Part shown: in pieces, positions 1-7,981 of the stretch
Layout of the letters: every line of letters starts with the position of its first letter
Position numbering within the stretch: the first letter of the stretch is position 1
DNA from: Candidatus Parcubacteria bacterium
GTDB lineage: Bacteria > Patescibacteriota > Minisyncoccia > Phycocordibacterales > UBA918
Assembly: GCA_046050355.1 (NCBI GenBank)
Contig: JBJOPW010000012.1
Span: 1 to 34,903, forward strand
DNA length: 34,903 nt
Direction of reading: 5' to 3'
Notes under the pieces: model-generated
Databases searched by the model: none
What the model saw: only the letters and a program-made list of their open reading frames with translations
What the model was told of the DNA's origin: nothing
Made by a program: the position numbers and the translations under genes

Positions 1-1
1 G

Positions 2-385
2 CTCGGTGCCACTAACCGTGCCAAAGCTTGTAAAGATGCGTTTCCTGAGGGTGATTACTTTGTGGGACTTGAAGGTGGACTAGAACTGATTGAAGACATG
101 TACTGGGAGTCTGCCTGGATGTGTGTCATGGACAAGTCTGGCACATGTGGGTTTGGACGTACAAGCGCTTATCTTGTTCCCCAGATTCTGTATGAACTCA
201 TCAACCAAGGACATGAACTTGGTACTGCAACCGACATTGTATTTAATGAAACCAATTCCAAACAAAAAAGCGCAACGATAGGGATTCTCACCAACGATAT
301 TATTACGCGAAAAGATTTTTACCGAGACGCAATGGTATTTGCCCTCATACCGTTTGTGAAGCCGGAATTATACTTTCAGATATGA
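2..385 (+). CDS. yjjX: Inosine/xanthosine triphosphatase (YjjX/DUF84 family), 5' part lies outside the window
   Basis: Frame open from base 2: LGATNRAKACKDAFPEGDYFVGLEGG... and later NSKQKSATIGILTNDIITRKDFY...ALIPF, matching the YjjX GAxNRA / GxEGG / NxKQK..G.LT motifs. Confidence 0.85.
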   Translation, partial: LGATNRAKACKDAFPEGDYFVGLEGGLELIEDMYWESAWMCVMDKSGTCGFGRTSAYLVPQILYELINQGHELGTATDIVFNETNSKQKSATIGILTNDIITRKDFYRDAMVFALIPFVKPELYFQI

Positions 386-804
386 AGATAAGGGACTACA
401 ATCCGGAGACAGACTTTGACGCAGTCAAATCTTTACTTTGTGATAGCAGTACCTATGGTGGTGATTTTGATGAAGCGCGCGACTCAAAAGATCGGATTGA
501 TACTCTTGGACAGCAAAAACCTGGTAGTGTTTTAGTAGCCGAGTTAGATAATGAGATAGTTGGTACCGTTACCCTTTTTGAAGATGGTCGCTCAGCTTGG
601 TTGTATCGATTTGCAGTAGCCAAGACACACGAAGACATTGTCACCGATGCTTTGTGGCAGGCCGCCAAAGAAATTATGCGTTCATGGGGCCATACACAGA
701 TACTTGTTTATGCCCCTGCACATGATGCTGCATTTTCAAGTCGCTACAGCAAACTGGGGTTTACTGCTGGAAATGATTTTACTGCGTATTGGCAGAACAT
801 CTAA
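382..804 (+). CDS. GNAT family N-acetyltransferase
   Basis: IRDY...LVAELDNEIVGTV...LYRFAV...YSKLGF pattern of the GNAT fold; ATGA overlap with the yjjX stop. Confidence 0.8.
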   Translation: MKIRDYNPETDFDAVKSLLCDSSTYGGDFDEARDSKDRIDTLGQQKPGSVLVAELDNEIVGTVTLFEDGRSAWLYRFAVAKTHEDIVTDALWQAAKEIMRSWGHTQILVYAPAHDAAFSSRYSKLGFTAGNDFTAYWQNI

Positions 805-1271
805 TTGTCACTATGCTCTGCTGAATAAGCATCCCGATACGCTAAGAGCTTTTCTCTCGCCATACCAATATGTCGCTCGATGTGCCGGAGTTCGCGGCGG
901 CAGCCAGGCACATCCTCGCACCAGAGTGCTACCTCCGTCCAAAAGTCCACACTATGATTGAGATGCTTGCGATGACAGAGCTCGTGAATGACGACGTAGC
1001 GTGCGAGATGCTCTGGCAAGAAAAAGAGCTTGTAGTGAAAATTGAGATTGCCTTTGATGGAACAGCTACCCCAGCTACGCTTGGTGTCTTTGATAGACAC
1101 GCGACCATAGGTCACACCGATACGCTCTGCCTCTTCTGCAATCATCGGTAGCAAAAAAGCGCGTGCCGCTTCTTTGTGATTGAGATAGGCGGTACGTTTT
1201 GGACTCGGTTTTGGTGTCGACCGGCGTTTTGTGACGACTCGACGTTTTATCGTGCTCCACAACTGCTTCAT
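801..1271 (-). CDS. M48/YgjP-like (DUF45) metallopeptidase domain protein
   Basis: KRSWGSCS...LNFHYKL...YVVIHELCH...NHS.DFW signature. Confidence 0.88.
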   Translation of the reverse strand: MKQLWSTIKRRVVTKRRSTPKPSPKRTAYLNHKEAARAFLLPMIAEEAERIGVTYGRVSIKDTKRSWGSCSIKGNLNFHYKLFFLPEHLARYVVIHELCHRKHLNHSVDFWTEVALWCEDVPGCRRELRHIERHIGMAREKLLAYRDAYSAEHSDN

Positions 1272-1312
1272 AACAAGGTAACTGTTTTAACTAAGTTTTA
1301 ATGGTCAGATTT

Positions 1313-1437
1313 TAAAGTGTGTCAAAAATCGTCGCAGACAAGGAAGGTAAATGAGGAAATATGAGGCGTATTACATATACGATGAATGTTTCCGATTGCA
1401 ACCTGACGCAGGATCCGGCGATTTTGGGCACACTTTA
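1313..1437 (+). repeat. ~123-nt hairpin element, copy A (MITE/BOX-like or structured RNA)
   Basis: Imperfect terminal inverted repeats aaagtgtgtcaaaaatcgtcg / cggcgattttgggcacacttt; core GAGGCGTAT-loop-ATACGATGA shared with the copies at 13429 and 22195. Confidence 0.8.
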
Positions 1438-3123
1438 TTTTCGATAGAGTGCTCTTACGAGGCGAATGAGGTCGTATCCATACTGCTCACCAGTGGCTTC
1501 GTAGAGTGGCTTTAGTTTTTCGTCGCCGTGCTCCTTGATGGCTTTGACAATATCAGCTTCGCCCACCCCATCAGGATCAAGCTCACGCACTGCCCGGGTC
1601 AAATCATCGGCAGTGAGTTCCCCACCCTCCACAAGCTTATCAATATGTTCAATAATAGTACCAATCGCTATCTCGCGCTCTTTGGCAATTGCCTTGAGTG
1701 TCTTGCCGTCTAGCCAACGCAGTTTTGTTTCTTCGTAGGTCGAGAGTTTTTTTACCCGTTCCTTGACCGCACGCTTCCCGGCCACAATCACGGTATCGGC
1801 AGACGGGAGCTTGCCACCAAGGGCCGTCACAAATTGCGTATGGAGAGTAAAGAGCTCCTCGTCTGGCATCGAGAGGAAGGTATCTTCGGCCGTCTCTGAG
1901 TCAGCACGGAATTGTTTGTCTTTGTTCACGACCTTCGGGTCGACCTGGAGGGCATTTGGGTGCATCCCGAGAATCTTTAGTCCCGCCAGCGAGCGCACAC
2001 GCGATAATGCCACGTACCCCTGCCCAAAGACAAAAGCCCGTGAGAGATCCACCTCCGCCGCATCAAGACTCATCCCCTGCGATTTGTGCACTGTGATAGC
2101 CCAGGCGAGACGTAGTGGATACTGTTCAATAGACGCTTTCATCTTGCCATCTTCAATGACGTCCCAGGTGGTCGTCTCCATGACAATCTTCCGTCCTTCG
2201 GTGGTTTCGATAATCGGTTGTCCGCCGGCATCAAAGGCGGTGACGCGCGCCAAGGTACCGTTCACATACCCTGCTTCAAAATTATTCTTGGTACACATCA
2301 CCATGGCCTCTTCTTTCAAGGTCAATGTCTCGGGTGAGAGGCAGTTCTTTACCAATACTTCAAGCAGTGGCTTACTCCCCCGCCCAGACATAGTGTACGT
2401 GCGCGCCCGACCCGGCAGCGCCGCGAGCTTTGTGGCATTGACCGCATCAACATCCGCATTGTGCGTGTAAAGGCGGGTTGGTTCGATACCCTCGTACGCT
2501 ATATCCGTCTGCTCATTTAAGAGCGTGTAATGGTCTTCTTCAATTTCGTTGCGACGAATTGAGGTCAGGAGTGAGAGCAAGAGCTCATCCTCCTGCCGAT
2601 GTTGCTCGGTGAGGTAGCAGACGAGCGGTCGTGCTTCGAGCCACGCGCGTGATTCAAACGCGTAGCGCATCATGTCCCCCTGCCGTGTCACTGGTGGCAA
2701 CTGAAAGAAGTCCCCGACAAATATCACCTGCAGTCCCCCAAAGGCGTCCTTGCGCTGGCGAATGGTCCGGCAGATGACATCCACCATATCAAGGAGCTTC
2801 CCATCGAGCATGGAGATTTCATCAATCACGAGCACCTTCGCTTTCTTCACCCGCTTCACGGTGGCTTCGCGTGAGACGATTTGATCAAGGTCGTACTGGG
2901 TCAAGGTATCGCGGGCACCAGCCCCACTCCAGGAGTGGATGGTCATTCCCCCGATGTGAGTGGCGGCAATACCGGTAGACGCGGTCACCGCCACCGAGAG
3001 CCCGCAAGCTTCGAGCCAGGCAATGTACTGGTTGATGACATACGTCTTCCCTGCTCCCGGCTCACCGGTGAGGAAGACATTGGCACCGGTTTTGAGGATA
3101 TCAAGTGCCCGCGCTTGGTTCAT
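1435..3123 (-). CDS. PIF1/RecD-like SF1B DNA helicase with a C-terminal helix-turn-helix domain
   Basis: Walker A TGEPGAGKT, TASTGIAA, DEISM, GDFFQLPPV, QYPLRLAWAITVHKSQGMSLD, GQGYVALSR; C-terminal STYEET...IAKEREIAIGTIIEH. Confidence 0.92.
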   Translation of the reverse strand: MNQARALDILKTGANVFLTGEPGAGKTYVINQYIAWLEACGLSVAVTASTGIAATHIGGMTIHSWSGAGARDTLTQYDLDQIVSREATVKRVKKAKVLVIDEISMLDGKLLDMVDVICRTIRQRKDAFGGLQVIFVGDFFQLPPVTRQGDMMRYAFESRAWLEARPLVCYLTEQHRQEDELLLSLLTSIRRNEIEEDHYTLLNEQTDIAYEGIEPTRLYTHNADVDAVNATKLAALPGRARTYTMSGRGSKPLLEVLVKNCLSPETLTLKEEAMVMCTKNNFEAGYVNGTLARVTAFDAGGQPIIETTEGRKIVMETTTWDVIEDGKMKASIEQYPLRLAWAITVHKSQGMSLDAAEVDLSRAFVFGQGYVALSRVRSLAGLKILGMHPNALQVDPKVVNKDKQFRADSETAEDTFLSMPDEELFTLHTQFVTALGGKLPSADTVIVAGKRAVKERVKKLSTYEETKLRWLDGKTLKAIAKEREIAIGTIIEHIDKLVEGGELTADDLTRAVRELDPDGVGEADIVKAIKEHGDEKLKPLYEATGEQYGYDLIRLVRALYRK

Positions 3124-3156
3124 AGTTTGCTGATTATAGCATACAAACCAATACTA

Positions 3157-3185
3157 TTGACTTATACACAATAATGTACTATAAT
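3157..3185 (+). promoter_or_regulatory. Sigma70 promoter for the 3222/3519 pair, divergent from the helicase promoter
   Basis: TTGACT-17 bp-TATAAT; on the minus strand TGcTATAAT lies 9 nt before the helicase ATG. Confidence 0.75.
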
Positions 3186-3221
3186 ATATGTAGCCCTGAA
3201 ACTTCGGAACTGGAGAAGAGT

Positions 3222-3479
3222 ATGAAAGCGACTTCGAGAATTGCAGCCTGCCTGATCGGGATCGGGACACTGGTCATTGCCACGGCAAGCACGGCCGATG
3301 GCCCTGCCCCGCACGGGTACCTGCTCAACGTGTGGTCTGGACTCACCACCGATCAGACCCATGGCATGCTCGCGTTCGAGGGCGAAAACGCCTACGAACG
3401 CTGCAAAGCAGCGGAAGCGGCGATGAAAGCGTACCACCCTCGTTTCGACAACAAGTTCACCGTCTGCATTCCCTTCTAG
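3222..3479 (+). CDS. Small secreted hypothetical protein
   Basis: GGAGAAG SD before the ATG at 3222; signal peptide MKATSRIAACLIGIGTLVIATASTA; two Cys in the mature part. Confidence 0.7.
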   Translation: MKATSRIAACLIGIGTLVIATASTADGPAPHGYLLNVWSGLTTDQTHGMLAFEGENAYERCKAAEAAMKAYHPRFDNKFTVCIPF

Positions 3480-3518
3480 GGATTTGCTAGATCCACTGCC
3501 CTTTGCGGAGATCTCCAA

Positions 3519-3827
3519 ATGAAAAAGTTGCTCGCTCTTTGCTTCCTCATGCTCCTGGCCGGATGCAAGGAAGAAACTGGTCGCAAGCCCGTCGGTGAGC
3601 CGACCATCACCACCGGCGAGCGCTCGTGTTCTGTTCCCGGGTTCTGCTTCCGCTTTGCCATGAACAGCAAAGGTGACATGAGCTACGGGTACGGCTACAG
3701 TGCCTTCTGCTCCGGCAAGCAAACCGCCACTGAAAAGAAAACGGTCTACGAGATCATGTACAGCGACGGAACCTCCGAAAGGCTTCCGCACAGCGAAACG
3801 ATCTCGGCAAGTTCTTGCAAGCAGTGA
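3519..3827 (+). CDS. Small Cys-rich lipoprotein
   Basis: MKKLLALCFLMLLAGC lipobox; GGAG SD; four more Cys; terminator follows. Confidence 0.78.
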   Translation: MKKLLALCFLMLLAGCKEETGRKPVGEPTITTGERSCSVPGFCFRFAMNSKGDMSYGYGYSAFCSGKQTATEKKTVYEIMYSDGTSERLPHSETISASSCKQ

Positions 3828-3840
3828 CCAACACCAATCG

Positions 3841-3871
3841 ATCGCCCGACACTCCGTGCCGGGCGATTTTT
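3841..3871 (+). terminator. Intrinsic terminator
   Basis: atcgcccg.cac-tcc-gtg.cgggcgat stem followed by a T run. Confidence 0.7.
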
Positions 3872-3956
3872 AATAACCTGAAAGAATTTTTAATTCACAC
3901 TTTAGAAATAAATTTCTACCGAAAAAAATCAACGCTGCGGTATACTACTTCTATAT

Positions 3957-6032
3957 ATGGCATTGCGTTCTTTAACTGTCGTGGATATCGACGAAGCACC
4001 TACTAGAAAGCGTAAAGTAGCGACCCCTAAAAAAGTCGCTCCCAAAGCAAAAAAGCGCCCAAATCTCGAAGCGACGACTGTCGACCCGGATTTGTACGTC
4101 AGTGCCGAAACCACCGAAAAAGAAAGTATTACGCTGCCAACCAAAGCCAAAGTCAAAAAAGCTTCTGACAAAAAAGCCGTGGTGAAAAAAGTCGCTGTCA
4201 AAAAGACCAAGGCAACAAAAACTGCAGTTGCGGTGACCACGAGTGAGCCTGAAACAGAAGCCCATCATGACCACGAGCACCCACCTCTCTCATGGGTGCC
4301 GTCTCGCCCGCTCTCTGGCAAAGACAAAATCGCCATCAAGCGTCACCCGCTTGGTCACCTTCTCCTTGAGAAGAAACTCCGTGAAGCCGGCTTCCGTGGC
4401 GGTATTAGTAGTGATAAAAAAGTGCTCGAAAAGTACAGTACTGACGAGAGTATCTTTCATATTCGTCCACAGATTGTTATCCAACCAAAAGACCGTAAGG
4501 ATGTCGAAACCGCCGTGAAGCTGATTGCAGTTGAAACCAAGCGCTTCACCTCCCTCTCCCTCACCCCACGTGCGGCTGGTACCGGTCTCTCCGGCGGATC
4601 ACTCACCGACTCAATCGTGATTGATGTCGCACCACACCTCACCCATATTCACGAAGCGAAGAGCACCCCTGAGGGTGGAACTATCGTCTGTGAACCAGGC
4701 GCGATGTGGCGTGATGTCGAAAAGAAACTCAAGAAAGTTGATTCGTACATTCCGTCATACACCTCATCAAAAGATATCTGTACTATTGGCGGCGCTATCG
4801 CGAACAACGCTGCTGGTCCTGACTCACTCCGCTACGGGCACTGTGCTGAGTGGGTGGACTCGATGGATGTGGTGCTCCATGATGGTAATACGTACACGCT
4901 GCGTCCCCTCTCGTACAAGGAGTTCAAATCACTGGTGAAGGAAAAGCATGCCTACGCGCGGATTGCACGTGAAGTCTTTGCCCTGATAGAAAAGAATGAA
5001 TCCCTCATCGAAAACGGGCGACCAAAAACTGCCAAGAACTCGGCCGGCTACGCGCTTTGGGATGTGATCTCGACCACCGTCGCAGATTTCAAGGCTGGTA
5101 AAGGCACGTTCGACCTCGGTCGTATCATCTCTGGTAGTCAGGGAACGGTGGGTGTGATTGTTGGTCTCACCATCAAGGCGATCAAGATTCAAAAGAATAC
5201 CACGCTTATTGCCCTTCCCCTCTTTAAGCTCGAAGATGCCGCGAAGTCAATTGTGACCGCACTCAAGTACAATCCGATCAATGTCGAAATCTTTGACGCC
5301 CTTACTTTTGACCTCGCGCTCAAGAACCCCGACTTCTTCAAGGCTCGCCTCCAGGGCATGGACTACTACAAAGTCATCCTTTCGATGTACACGACATTCC
5401 ATATCCGCTTTGGTCGTCAGACTCCAGAGTTCACTATCCTCATCACCCTCGACGAAGCCACTACAAAAGAGACTCCGGCCCAAGAAATCGCTGCGAAGGT
5501 CTCAGCGCCCGGAGCTAAGGCCCGCGTCATCAAAAACCCAAGTGAAGTCGAGATGTTCCTCCAGATTCGTCGTGCGAGCTTTTCACTCTCAAAGCTCCTT
5601 GATCCGGAGAAGCGTCCCGCGGCCTTCCTCGAAGATATGACTGTCCCCCCAGAAAATCTTGGCAAATTCTTTATGGAAATCAAGTCCCTCTTTAAGGAGT
5701 TTAATGTGAAGTCTGCCATCCACGGTCACGGGGGCAATGGTCACTTCCACTTCTATCCGCTTCTCGACTTCACGAAGGCCAACACCCCACTTCTGATCGA
5801 ACGCATGGCCGAACGTTTCTACAACACGGCAGTAAAATACAAGGGTAATATCTGTGGCGAGCACAACGACGGCATCATCCGCACTCCCCACCTCTCAAAA
5901 ATATTCAAAAAGCCTGTCCTTGATCTCTTCACGAAGACCGAAGCAATATTCGACCCCGACGACATCTTCAACCCGGGCAAAAAAGTAAACCCTCGTTTTG
6001 ATATCAAAGAATCAATCCGACATACAAACTAG
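3957..6032 (+). CDS. FAD-binding oxidoreductase (GlcD/D-lactate dehydrogenase-like, FAD_binding_4 + FAD-oxidase_C) with a Lys-rich N-terminal extension
   Basis: YSTDESIF..RPQIV..PK, PRAAGTGLSGGS, CTIGGAIANNAAG..SLRYG, GSQGTVG, FLEDMTVP, GHGGNGHFH, GEHNDG, FDPDDIFNPGK. Confidence 0.9.
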   Translation: MALRSLTVVDIDEAPTRKRKVATPKKVAPKAKKRPNLEATTVDPDLYVSAETTEKESITLPTKAKVKKASDKKAVVKKVAVKKTKATKTAVAVTTSEPETEAHHDHEHPPLSWVPSRPLSGKDKIAIKRHPLGHLLLEKKLREAGFRGGISSDKKVLEKYSTDESIFHIRPQIVIQPKDRKDVETAVKLIAVETKRFTSLSLTPRAAGTGLSGGSLTDSIVIDVAPHLTHIHEAKSTPEGGTIVCEPGAMWRDVEKKLKKVDSYIPSYTSSKDICTIGGAIANNAAGPDSLRYGHCAEWVDSMDVVLHDGNTYTLRPLSYKEFKSLVKEKHAYARIAREVFALIEKNESLIENGRPKTAKNSAGYALWDVISTTVADFKAGKGTFDLGRIISGSQGTVGVIVGLTIKAIKIQKNTTLIALPLFKLEDAAKSIVTALKYNPINVEIFDALTFDLALKNPDFFKARLQGMDYYKVILSMYTTFHIRFGRQTPEFTILITLDEATTKETPAQEIAAKVSAPGAKARVIKNPSEVEMFLQIRRASFSLSKLLDPEKRPAAFLEDMTVPPENLGKFFMEIKSLFKEFNVKSAIHGHGGNGHFHFYPLLDFTKANTPLLIERMAERFYNTAVKYKGNICGEHNDGIIRTPHLSKIFKKPVLDLFTKTEAIFDPDDIFNPGKKVNPRFDIKESIRHTN

Positions 6033-6048
6033 TACAGAATAATAGACG

Positions 6049-6078
6049 AGCCCGCGCAGTTTCCCGCGCGGGCTTTTC
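6049..6078. terminator. Terminator between convergent genes
   Basis: agcccgcgc / gcgcgggct stem followed by tttt. Confidence 0.7.
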
Positions 6079-6100
6079 GTTATCTATAGCTTCTGGAAGT

Positions 6101-6499
6101 TCATGCCTTCAGTTCGATGGATTCGACGTAAACGGCATGCAACTCAACCCGCTTTTGCACAGTACCCAGCAGCCATCGCAAGTTATTCGCCTCGAATGTT
6201 AACGAGCTGACGAAGAACAAGCGGTTAGCATTGCCGAGGTCCTGCTGAACACAGAACCCAGTGTCAGTGGTCTCCCATATCTTGCTGATGAGACCTGAAG
6301 CGGGCTCGTCTCGAACCGCGAGATGAGCTGGCACTACCGACCACACGGTAACGTCATAGTAACCAGCTTCTCCAGCATTCCGTGCAAGCCGAATGGTGCA
6401 AAGAACTTCTTCATGGGCCGTAGTAGTTGTGGTCAGAACCGGCAGTTTGCCGGAGAACACGCGACCGCAGTCGCGAAGAATCGTAAAACTAAGCGACAT
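6101..6499 (-). CDS. Hypothetical protein (ORFan cassette)
   Basis: 132-aa ORF, AGGAAGGGG SD, TAGTAT -10 upstream, hairpin downstream. Confidence 0.6.
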   Translation of the reverse strand: MSLSFTILRDCGRVFSGKLPVLTTTTTAHEEVLCTIRLARNAGEAGYYDVTVWSVVPAHLAVRDEPASGLISKIWETTDTGFCVQQDLGNANRLFFVSSLTFEANNLRWLLGTVQKRVELHAVYVESIELKA

Positions 6500-6571
6500 G
6501 GGTCACCCCTTTCCTTTCCTAATCTCATACTACCCCGTATGACCAAAAGCGCAAGTAATCAAAAATGAGTA

Positions 6572-6596
6572 CAACCCCGTATGGAATACGGGGTTG
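6572..6596 (-). terminator. Hairpin terminator of 6598-6969
   Basis: caaccccgtat-gga-atacggggttg directly after the stop codon. Confidence 0.65.
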
Positions 6597-6597
6597 C

Positions 6598-6969
6598 TTA
6601 GTCTGTCTTTTCGCACATGAGGTGCTGTGCTAGCTGCCGCAAAAGCGGCAGGTACCGGGTCGAGCGGTGACCTACCTCCAAGGAGATCGGGTAGTCCGGT
6701 CGGAAGCGAAAGATGAGCCACCGAAAGCCGATTAGCCCAAGCGCATACTCCGGGTCTGGGAGATAGCACTCCTCCGCCAGCTGTCGAAACGTCTTGGTTC
6801 GCCGCCAGGTTTGGTCGACCCACTGCAGAGGCGCATCCCACCACTCCGCCTGTCCGTAGTACAGCTGCCGCGGCACCATCACGTGGAATGTAGGCAAAGA
6901 CGGCATCATACAATATGTCATGACACGGTCACGACTGATATGCGCGAGTCGGCAATCGATGTATAGCAT
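6598..6969 (-). CDS. Hypothetical protein (ORFan cassette)
   Basis: 123-aa ORF, AAAGGAGG SD, TTGCAA-17-TAGGAT promoter. Confidence 0.65.
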   Translation of the reverse strand: MLYIDCRLAHISRDRVMTYCMMPSLPTFHVMVPRQLYYGQAEWWDAPLQWVDQTWRRTKTFRQLAEECYLPDPEYALGLIGFRWLIFRFRPDYPISLEVGHRSTRYLPLLRQLAQHLMCEKTD

Positions 6970-7047
6970 TGTCTTTCCCTCCTTTCGCTGCTGAAGTCAC
7001 TACATGTCTACTCCTATCCTACCGCCAAGAATTGTTTTTGCAACCAT

Positions 7048-7091
7048 CAAACGAAAGCGGGCGCGCGAGGGATATTCTCCTCGCGCGCCCG
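7048..7091 (-). terminator. Intrinsic terminator of 7096-7584
   Basis: 13-bp stem cgggcgcgcgagg / cctcgcgcgcccg with a T-rich tail on the minus strand. Confidence 0.72.
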
Positions 7092-7095
7092 TGCT

Positions 7096-7584
7096 TCACG
7101 CCCGGCCAGCTGTGGGCAAGTTGATGAGTCTCACATCAGCTTCTGAATTGCCAATCTCATGGCAAAACTCTTTCCCGATTGCCAGAAGTGAATCGAGGCC
7201 GCTGCGAATCATGCCGTCGACGAGATCGACATCAAATTCTTCAGCGTCTTCACTGAACATAGAGTCCCGCCATACCACCAAACCCAGCTCATGGTTGTAA
7301 ATGAGGGCACCGTAGCACATCTCCGTGTCGATTCTACCAATACGTCGATATGCATCCAGCTCATCTAGCGGGTTCGGGAACTCTAGCACCAAAGCGAGAG
7401 TCAGCGTAAGAGGCACCTTAATCGTCGCGGTGCCGCTGTACATTTGACCTTGGTAAACGAAGTGGAATTCGATACTTTGCACATCAGTCCGCCACTCATA
7501 GTCTTGGCCATGCTCATTCACCCAGCCAATAAGAGCCTCAAGCGGCGCAGACCATGCCTCCTCGTCTTCCTCATCAGTGTTCAT
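7096..7584 (-). CDS. YbjN-like (type III secretion chaperone-like fold) acidic protein
   Basis: Size, acidity and the pattern PLE.L...D..W...I..EM.YG.L.Y...G.VVWR.S...PTAGRA resemble alphaproteobacterial YbjN-domain proteins (recalled, not searched); AGGGG SD. Confidence 0.55.
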   Translation of the reverse strand: MNTDEEDEEAWSAPLEALIGWVNEHGQDYEWRTDVQSIEFHFVYQGQMYSGTATIKVPLTLTLALVLEFPNPLDELDAYRRIGRIDTEMCYGALIYNHELGLVVWRDSMFSEDAEEFDVDLVDGMIRSGLDSLLAIGKEFCHEIGNSEADVRLINLPTAGRA

Positions 7585-7724
7585 AGCAATCCCCTATGTC
7601 ATGCTTCCACCGGGTAGCCTACGCCATCTTTTTGTAACTGTCCACGACCCCTTCCCTTTTTCTCAATTCTCTGCTATAAATATGGGCACTTTTCGCCCCC
7701 AAAGCGCAGAAGTACAAATGAATA

Positions 7725-7754
7725 TTGACCAAGCCCGTCTAACGCTAGGATAAT
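7725..7754 (+). promoter_or_regulatory. Candidate sigma70 promoter for tRNA-Glu
   Basis: TTGACC-18 bp-GATAAT about 105 nt upstream of the tRNA. Confidence 0.45.
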
Positions 7755-7859
7755 GAAAGAGTATGGGATACTCTTTCATCCGCAGGGAAAGTTTTCATCA
7801 ATGAAAACCTGACAGGTAGGTTCAAAAAAGCAGAAATGCATTGAGGAAAAAAGAATATT

Positions 7860-7931
7860 GGCCCTATCGTCTAACGGCTAGGACATCAGGTTTTCATCCT
7901 GGAAATCGGAGTTCGATTCTCCGTAGGGTCA
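7860..7931 (+). tRNA. tRNA-Glu (TTC), CCA not encoded
   Basis: Acceptor GGCCCTA/TAGGGTC-A; D arm CGTCTAACGGCTAGGAC; anticodon arm TCAGG-TT-TTC-AT-CCTGG; T arm CGGAG-TTCGATT-CTCCG. Confidence 0.96.
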
Positions 7932-7938
7932 CGCGATT

Positions 7939-7980
7939 ATAACAACAAACACCGCATAGCTATGCGGTGTTTGTTGTTAT
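7939..7980. terminator. Perfect 42-bp palindrome after the tRNA (terminator or cruciform)
   Basis: ataacaacaaacaccgcatag|ctatgcggtgtttgttgttat. Confidence 0.75.
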
Positions 7981-7981
7981 T

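Noticed and set aside
1763-2470. 235-aa plus-strand ORF
   Set aside because: Antisense shadow of the helicase; no motifs or start signals.
3162-3791. 209-aa minus-strand ORF
   Set aside because: Overlaps two plus-strand genes that have a promoter, SDs, signal peptides and a terminator.
6530-6913. 127-aa alternative-frame ORF
   Set aside because: Same strand as 6598-6969, which has the SD and stops right at the hairpin; this ORF runs through the hairpin.
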